A DNA stretch of 64,000 nt, from positions 496,001-560,000 of the forward strand of contig JBBPEB010000007.1 in the NCBI GenBank assembly GCA_039096225.1, read 5' to 3'. Position numbers and translations under genes: made by a program. Positions 45,819-64,000 of this stretch are shown in pieces (the stretch's first letter is position 1; each line of letters begins with the position of its first letter). The notes beneath the pieces were generated by a model. That model was not told the DNA's origin. It saw nothing but the letters and a program-made list of their open reading frames with translations, and did no database searches. Source of the stretch: Blastocystis sp. Blastoise (Eukaryota > Protista > Bigyra: Opalinata).

Positions 45819-47530
45819 ATGAAATTTGATAAAACATCGCTCTTTACGGAACTCGTTTCTAAAAAATACAAAAGTCAAAATCTTCCTGTTCCTGGTTCCG
45901 TCATTCTGAAGCCAAAGTTTCATTATGATGAATTCCTTATAGAATCAAGCAAAATTGTACATCTTCTATGTTTCTGATCTCAAATAGTATCTATATAGTT
46001 AGTTCATTTAGTAGATTTACGTAATTGTATAAACAAAGCAATGAAACAGTATCTCTCAAGCCAAAAGTATTAATGTGTTACTTATAATTATGATATATAT
46101 ATTCTTCTAATGTTTCTAGATATAATATTTCTGGGCAAATAGATGAAGATGAACTTAATTTAATTGATAATGTATAAATATATTATATATACTTTATATT
46201 TTATTCATTTAGGAAATAAGAATTAATTTGAATAACTGTAATGAAGAAATCAATCACTTAAAAGCTGTCATTCCTGGTATTTTTTTTTTTGAAAATTATG
46301 TAATTAATCTTGTTTGATTATATAGAAGAAGTTGATTCAAAGACTGAAATGTATAAGACAGTCGTTGACTTTTTATATGAAGTATATAGAAAAATTTATA
46401 ATTTTATTATTATAATTTTATTATTATATTTCGTTAGTATTTATTATTAGTTTATTTTAATTTATAAATTTTATTATTCTTTAATTTTATTATATTTATT
46501 TCTGTAGACATTAGTTGAATACACAAAATTAGCTGAAAATCAAGCTGAAATTAGAACTCAGCAACTTATTCAAAAACATAAAATGTCTATATTGAATTAT
46601 ATACATTATAAATTATTATTATTTTATATATATATATAGAAATCAAATAGCAATCAAATTTTTACCTCAAAAGGATGTATATATATATATTATCTTTATT
46701 ATTATTATTTAAATATTAACCTATTGATATTCTTAATCATACTATATATATAATTATGTATATATAGATATCTGAAACTGACTTAAATGTATTAAGCAAT
46801 ATTCCTGAAGAAGAAAGAGATAGTATTATTTCAGAAACACTAACTATTAAAGTATATAATATATATATATATATATGTTTTTATTATTTATTATTTCCAA
46901 CTATATTTATAGAATAAATTAAAAACAGATCTAAATAGTGTACAGTATATATATATTTGTATATATAATTATATAATTATATTATAGACAACTAGAGAGA
47001 AATGTATCACAAATCACAGAATTATTAGTTCAATTTAGTCAACATGTATGTTTATTTTTATGTTTATTTTTATTTTTATGTTTTATTTTTATTTATTTTT
47101 ATGTTTATTTTTATTTTTATGTTTTGTTTTTATTTATTTTTATGTTTTATTTTTATTTTATTTATATATATATATATTTATATATTTATATATATATATT
47201 TATATATATAGATTATGGAACAACATGAGCGTGTAGATATTATCGCTGATAACGCGGAACAATCCAAATATCATATTGAAAATGTATATATATATATAAT
47301 TCTATTTTTTTTAACATATATATATATAGGGAAATGAATATCTTGTTAAAGCACGTGACAATTCCAAATCGAATACTCGATTTATCGCGCTATTTTTCAT
47401 TCTTCTTGGGCTCTCTCTTATATTATTTACATTGTATATATATATTTATGTATTATTACTCCTGTTTCTTATTCTATAATACTATAAATAATATATTTAT
47501 AATCCTAGATTGGCAACAAAAAGGAAATAA
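45819..47530 (+). CDS. Syntaxin-18/Ufe1-like Qa-SNARE
   Basis: N-terminal DKTSLFTELV and DEDELNLIDNEI. SNARE motif VQQLERNVSQITELLVQFSQHIMEQHERVD...IENGNEYLVKA. C-terminal TM segment ending ATKRK-TAA. Confidence 0.8.
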
Positions 47531-48064
47531 TATCTTCATTTTATGGGCATTATTATCTCTGTTCTATTTCTGGAAATATATTAAATACTGTGTTGTTTCT
47601 CTCTCTATTTTTCACTTTTCTCCTTCATGTCATCTATTTCTTTTGTTTTGTAGAAATATAAAATCATTAAGAATCTTTATAGTTATTAATATTATTCCTT
47701 AATATTATTATTCCTTATATATTTGATATATGATTTATTATAAGAATGATAACGATTCCAATAATAAATAATATAAATGATACAAATATGATGAAAAGAC
47801 AACAGCCAAGTAATATATTCAGTCATTTTTGTTTTATTAAAACAATATATAAACATATATAATAATATTGAACATAATAAAACAAATTATATTTTTAAAT
47901 AGGAAATATATATACAATTATATATTTATAGTTACTAATAAACAACTAAGATTTTTAAAAAGTATATATAAATATAAAGTCTATGAAAAAAACATTAATA
48001 AACTATATTACATGATTTATAGGGTATATATATATATAATATAATGAGTCGAAATTAGTTTCAT

Positions 48065-50428
48065 TTATTTGGCAACAACAACGGGGGAGGTATTAATAGT
48101 TTTCATAGCCTTCTTCATAGCTATTTCTACTAATTTCTTTCCTTCTTCGTAATCAGAAGTCGTGTCAGATGCTAATAATGATTCACCCTATACATATATA
48201 TTATGTATAGAATAACAAATATAGTAATCAATAATAATAACAGTATTAATCATAATAGTAACGTATAAAAAAAGAAATAATAATAATAATAATATATATA
48301 TATACTTTTTCGACCTTCTTGCAAGAGGGTATACTGAATAATTTGGTGAAGGAGAAGAAAGAGAAGAGGAAGACAAGAAGAGGTACATAATGATTGAAGG
48401 TAGATCCTAAAAATGGAACTGTTTCCATTTGGCCCATAATCTATAAGGATATATAAAGATAGATACAAATATATAAATATATAAATATATACATTATAAA
48501 GACTACTTCGTTCATAGATAGACTTGGGTACCTATATAATAATAAGTATAACTATATAATAATAATAAGTATAACTATATAATAATGATGATATCCTTAT
48601 ACTTGAAGAATACTGAAGTAGTGATAGCAGAGAGTGAATTGTAATCTGCATATATAATAAGCGTTAAAACAAAGAGCATAGACATCACTGTGCTTATGGA
48701 ACAACGTGTACGTCTCAATAAACGGAATACGAAGACGGAAGAAGGAACGGTACATACATATAGATAAGTAAATTAAAGGAATAAGAGACATAATATTTTT
48801 CGTTGTAGATGACGCACCTGTTAACAGAATCAAACCGAAAGGAGATAAGCACGCGTCACTTCCAATAATCTCTAAGATAACCGTGGTTATTTCACACCAA
48901 AACATTAAAACTGAGAATACAATACTTATACCAGAAGCAACAGTCATAATAAGTTTTCGGAACTTGAAATATTGTCTCATTAAAAACCCAAGAGATTCAC
49001 CTTGATCTGTCTTCCCTGTAAGATAGAGACATCGTTGAACCAATTCCGTCCATTGTGCCTGCTTTCTATAATACTGATTGATACTACGTTTTAATAATGT
49101 ATTTAATTGAGCTAGTTCATTGATAATATATCGTTCTCCTTCTTCTCTGGTCATCTTTAATAACTGATCATTAGTGACCTTCATGCGATACATATTCTTC
49201 GTTTGTACAATCTCTCTCACTCGCTTATAATCCATACTTTTATCGTTTGGAATACTCGAATATAACTATAGAATAGCAGGCATAAAATATATATGTTCAT
49301 TTATATTAATAATAATAATATATAAATATATCAATGATAATAGTCAAAAGTAAATATATAATAATAATAACAATAATAATAATAAACATAATATAACTTA
49401 TCGAATACCGCCTTTACATTGCTCGTCATCATATTTGTATTTTTCGCGGTTTTTTCTACTTCTTCAATTGATGCCTTCATGTCCATAATAGAAGTTTGAG
49501 CGTCATATAACTCTACATCTATATGAGTAGCACTATATATATATAATGCTATTTATATAATGTTTTATTTATAATGTTTTCTTTATTATGTTATATATAT
49601 ATAATATTATATATATAATAGTATATATATGATATTATATATATATATATACAATTCATATTTCTTTGCTAATTCTATATCACGATCACGTTTTAACCAT
49701 AAACTATATAAATAGAATACATATAAATAAATAAATATATATATATATATATACCTTAAGGGTAATTCTCCTAGACCATATCCTAAGAAGACGATAATAA
49801 AGAGAAGACCATACGTATTTGCTATACCCATAACCCAACCTTGTAATAAACTTATATTACTATATATATATATATAATAAATATAATATAATTATAATAC
49901 TTCATAATTAATGAATAGAAAACATATATATATATATACAATTGTGTTGCAAAGCAATACCAAACAAAAGCAAGAATACCAATAATAACCACGGGAATAT
50001 AGCATTTAATATTAACCCATGCAGATTCTAATATACGACTTTTTTTTGTGAATCTACCTGAAGCCCAATATTCCATTAATACAGGTAGATATACCCAAGC
50101 TAAAATGAATGTAATCCAATATACTAATTCCCAAGTAAAAGTGACAAAAGCACTATCTGAACTTTCATCAGGAGTTGCAGCTACACCAAGATCTAAAGGG
50201 AATAGCAATACACCAATGAATCCAAGGAACCTAAATATAAATATATAGAGAAAAATAAAGAAAGTATATAGAAAACAGCGGTAATCATCTTATATACCAT
50301 GAACAATAAATAGATATCGTATAAATAGGATATTCAGACTTTTCAGCATAGTATTTCAACAAGAAAAAAACAGTAATAGCCAATATGATGACTTCAATAA
50401 CCATGACAATAGCTGAAGTCCAAGACAT
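48065..50428 (-). CDS. LMBR1-domain membrane protein (LMBRD2-like)
   Basis: SWFLGF..LFPLDL, WELVYWITFILAWVYLPVLMEYWASGRFT, IANTYGL..FLGYGLGELP, FNAYYICRLQFTLCYHY, MGQMETVPFLG. Confidence 0.9.
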
Positions 50429-51657
50429 TTTTTTTCAAACTTATGTAAAACTACTTATTAATAAATAATACAACGTATATATATGGTTTCGAAAAGAAAC
50501 TATTTTAATACAACAAAAAGATCTTATTGAAAGAAATTTTTCGATACAAACGAATAGCACGAAAAAGACGGTTCATTCCAGGATTATCGTCATTTATTCC
50601 CAATAGAATTCTTTCCATTTTCAAGAATTTCGACTTTATTTTTGTTTGTTTTGTCTATATAATACCATCTTTTCTAAAAGAATTCGATGATAAGTATCTC
50701 CTATTTAATGAACTGTCTTTATATATACGAAGACCTGAAATAAAATACTGTTTAGCTATATTGTTGACAATTCAGTTTTACAGACCCGACTGATTTAATT
50801 GAAAAAAGATGAATCAATTTATTCAATGTTATTTAATGTGAATCCGATATATCAAGAACAAGAATTCATATATCTTGAATGATCATTTGCATAATTGTTG
50901 CTACTTAATTCTGTAAAACTATCATCAAGTAGTTAGAGGATGATTCTAGAATGTTTTCTCCTTAAATTATAATTTATCTTCAAATATACAAAGCAACATA
51001 TATAAACATTTCATAGACTATTATCATTGAATAGTTAAAAATATATATATAGATTATATAGAAGCTTAGACAAATACAAAAAAAAGAGAGTAATGCAATT
51101 CCAGAACTCTATATAGAATTTTGAGTCCCAAGGTATCAAAAAAAAAGAAAGTTGTTACAATAAGAATATGTTTTTTAAATTAAAAACAAAAGCAGAAAGA
51201 ATATCAAATGGTACATATAAGAAGAATCAAATAAACAAATGAAAAACAAAATATATAAATATTTACATTAAATTATATATATAGTATATAATGTAATTAA
51301 AACAAAAAACAAAACAAAAAAAAATAGGAAGAAAAGGAAAAAGTGAAGAAGATATTTTATTGAATATAATACAAAATAAATATATAGAGAAATAGTGAAT
51401 ATAGTATAATAGTATATCATTAAAAGAGATTCTATCAAAGATATAATACATGTTTCAAAATAAAAATTAAAACGAATAAATAAATACCCCAAAAAAGAAA
51501 GTAAAAAATAAAAAGATGTTCAAAATTAGAATTTAAAAGAAATGAGATTATTGAATTGAAAAACAATAGTAGTAGTTATCAATATATATATGAAAAAAAT
51601 TCAATTACTAATTATACTTATTAATTTATAGTTTCTAATTTCATATAGTAATTCTAT

Positions 51658-54281
<2,624 letters not shown>

Positions 54282-55331
54282 GCCTTCAAGTTTCATGTTT
54301 ATCAATAGTACCTTTTTAAGAGAAATAGTGATCTATATAGCTTTAACTATTCCTTTTTATAGAAAGAAATCCCAAAAAACTATTTTCTAAAAGAAAAGTG
54401 TCAAATGCATAAATCTATCTAATACGAAATGAAAATTCCATTTTCTCTCACACAAAAATAATAAATCCGTGATTATCTTCTTTTTTGCTGGAAGTTATTC
54501 AAAACTTTATGCTCTATTTTATTCTATATTACTCAGTATTCCTATCATTACATACTTTTATTCATATGAAAACCTTTAATTAAAAGGCATGCTATTAACA
54601 ACTAACTAACTTTAAGACATCTCATCGTTAAATTCCTTTATAAACTGGTCTTTAGCATTCATTTTATATTCGATAATGCATGTGGGATATCTTTGAAAAT
54701 GCTTCCATGAGATTCATTACTTTTTCATTTATGATTTCCATTTTTTGACATTTTCACGAGCCTGTACTTAACCCTATAAAAATAAGTTATACATACTAAA
54801 TTTCATCAAGTGATGGATTTTCATACCATATTTATGATGAGAATAAGCTTAAAAACCGCGATTACTTCTCAAATAATACTTTCTTCTTCACTGAATTTTA
54901 TCTCATTCATTAGCTCTTTTCAATCCATATATATTAATTTCATTTAATCAATGAAGACCAACTTATTTCTTAATGAAACACATAGTTCAAGTATATGAAA
55001 CACTATAAAGAAAAGGTGATTGATTGGAGAATTACTTATGAAATCAAATGGTTCAACCAATAAAACAGTTTTTATAACTCATTCTAATATGAAGAATCAA
55101 TTATTATACGAAAAGTAGCCTTTAATAAACTATGTAAGTCTACCTAATGGAAATATCTATCAAAAATTCCAATGGTGTCCATTGTTATATTAGATCTTCT
55201 CTACATCTAGTTAGAAAATATCTATTTTTTATATTGTTAATATATTTAACTTTTCGAACTATATTCTTGGCATTCCTATCCTTTAGTAATTATTCAAACA
55301 CAGTTATACATTAATCATCTTGATTCTCATA

Positions 55332-61955
<6,624 letters not shown>

Positions 61956-62685
61956 TTAATAAACGCAAACTTTCAAATATATCATTCGATTCTTTTTATT
62001 TTATATATTTTTTTAAATTTTACTATTTTTTAACTTTTCCCTTTTTTTTATTATTGTTTATAAATATCATTTTCTTCTTTTGTTTGAATGGAAAAACGAT
62101 TGTATCTCACATTTATTTTGAACAAAAAATATATATATTCTATGCAAATAACAGGAATATTAATATATGTATAAAAAATAGGAAACAAAACAATTCAACA
62201 AATAGTGTCAAATGTCTATTGTAATAACAAGACAAAAAATGGAAATGGAAAAAAAGGAAAAAATATATATAAGAGAATAAATATGATATATTTGGATTTA
62301 GCTACGACACAACAAAAAAAAATATGAAAAGAAAATACCCAATATACAAATAGAATACAAAAACATAAAATATACAAATATGAGTAATAGTATCACCTAA
62401 CAAAAAGTGAAAGAACTGGATATTTGTAGTTATAAAAAAAAGAGAATTTATATGTAAAAATCATTACAGAAAAGTTGAAAAGAATAAAGAGTATTATAAT
62501 ATCATTTACATATGTATAAATATATATACATATATAAATAATACTTATGTAGAGTGACAAGAGAGACTGAAGAATAGAGAGGTTTGAAGGAGGGTCATAA
62601 AAGTAGCATATTAATATAGAGATATAGAGACAGAAGAGGCAAGAATAGAATACTCTTTTAGTATAATGAAGACTCAGTTTTCGTT

Positions 62686-64000
62686 TTAAAAGAAATCAGC
62701 AGTTGGTTTATTTTCAGAGGGTTCTATATATATATAGATATATAGATAAACAATAAATAAAATATGAAAGTATATTATATAATATATATACCAGAATAAT
62801 TATCAGTATCTTCATCACTACTTTCATAATCGAGTGAGTTCATGATTTCTCCATTGCCGCCAAGTCCAGCACGATGACGCGACCTATTACGATATATATT
62901 CCCTCCTACTCCATTATCGGTATTGGAGTCGATGAATTGTTTGAGAGATCGAAGAGTAGCATTATCAAGAGTATCCAGATCAACTTCAATGACATCCGTA
63001 CTCTCACCATCAATCTTGGTATGTTCCTGAATGATCTCAAAGACCTTCAATTGCTTCTCATAAGGTAACTTATCAATACGACTACGAAGCTCCTGCTTAT
63101 CATCCATTGTAAAGGGAATCTCCTCTATCTATATATATATAATAGTATAGTATAGTATAGTATAGTATAGTATAGTATAGTATAGTATAGTATAGTATAG
63201 TATAGTATAGTATAGTATAGTATAGTATAGTATAGTATATATAAGCATACTTCAGTTCCTTTGTTTTCTTCAAGTCTATTTTTAATATCGTTCATTTCTT
63301 GTTGTAGTTTCGTCAATATACTTGTGATCTTTGTATAGCTTTCATCCTTCTTCACGGTTTCTTCTACTTTAGACACACTGTCCAACAGACTACGTGTGGA
63401 TTCAGAGAGAATATCTGTATCATATGCAAGGCGGGTACGTTTAGGCGGGGGAGCTATAGAACGAGTGTGAGGAATCGAGGGAACCGAATTAGTTCGCGGG
63501 AATTTCCTCTTTTTTGGTGTATCTGGTGAGGGAACATCCGGGAATTGTTCATAGATACGACGTGTGAACTGATCATAATCTCTTTCAAAGATTTCTGAGA
63601 GGGCTTTAGCCATAATAAAACTATAGAAAATAGAATAGTGAGAATATATAGAAAATACAATAGTGAGAATATATAGAGAATACAATAGTGAGAATAAATA
63701 GAGAAAATAAAATGAAAAAGGGAATGATAAGATAATATAATGTAAAAAAAACATACACATCTGAATCGGGTCTATTATATGTGAATGCATTATTGAAGAC
63801 AAGTCGAACGTCATCAGCGAATTGAGTGGCAGTCTCATATTGGAGTTTAATAAGCTTGTCTTTAATAGTACCGAAATCCATAGGACTATGAATAATGGTG
63901 AAATAATCAGGAATATTGAGTTCAACAGGATTCACAGGTATATTGAAAGGATAAGCCCATTTGTGATTCTATATATATATATAAATAAATAGATATATAA
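62686..64000 (-). CDS. BET-family bromodomain + ET-domain protein (5' end outside the window)
   Basis: WAYPFNIPVNPVELNIPDYFTIIHSPMDFGTIK...FADDVRLVFNNAFTYN (bromodomain). FTMDDKQELRSRIDKL...IEVDLDTLDNATLRSL (ET domain). Confidence 0.92.
63143..63237. repeat. (TATAG)n pentanucleotide microsatellite in a BET intron
   Basis: About 19 tandem tatag units. Confidence 0.95.
63625..63706. repeat. Short degenerate tandem repeat (about 24-nt unit, ATAGTGAGAATA core, 3 copies) in a BET intron
   Basis: atagtgagaata core near 63635, 63660 and 63685. Confidence 0.8.

Noticed and set aside
50527-50793. Short intergenic ORFs (also 25911-26096, 15559-15774, 12498-12731, 51263-51492)
   Set aside because: No recognisable motifs or splice structure, mostly non-ATG starts, and composition typical of AT-rich non-coding DNA.
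63143-63237. (TATAG)n as a telomeric repeat or CRISPR-like array
   Set aside because: It is internal to an intron of an intact gene and has no spacers.

Overview
Very AT-rich (roughly 20% GC by eye), gene-dense, intron-rich eukaryotic nuclear DNA using the standard genetic code. Most ORF-track entries are exon fragments or microsatellite artefacts, so I spliced the genes by hand and recovered 20 protein-coding genes: vWA protein, coiled-coil protein, POLA2, BTB-like+TLDc, RibD-C/RIB7 reductase, mitochondrial-type cyclophilin, TBC RabGAP, Myb/SANT protein, Nup93, DUF1748-like protein, MFS transporter, large Ig-like surface protein, diaminopimelate decarboxylase, ribokinase, fucosyltransferase-like protein, syntaxin-18, LMBRD2, PP2C, a RAMA/chromo-barrel/RanBP2-ZnF chromatin protein and a partial BET protein. 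TGTTTGTT after several stop codons, AT-AC minor introns and the gene content suggest an AT-rich Blastocystis-like stramenopile (inference only). Main observations: (1) a dispersed, strongly over-represented GC-rich quasi-palindrome (core YCRYGR, best forms TTCCCGCGGGAA / TTCCCGYGRTTA) in exons, introns and intergenic DNA; (2) two clear U12 AT-AC introns, one of them in frame and stop-free; (3) introns that seem to need non-canonical ends (GG-AG in cyclophilin, GT-TG in the DUF1748-like gene, possibly AT-AG in the surface protein); (4) introns bracketed by self-complementary (TA)n ends. No rRNA, tRNA, CRISPR or transposase was recognised.
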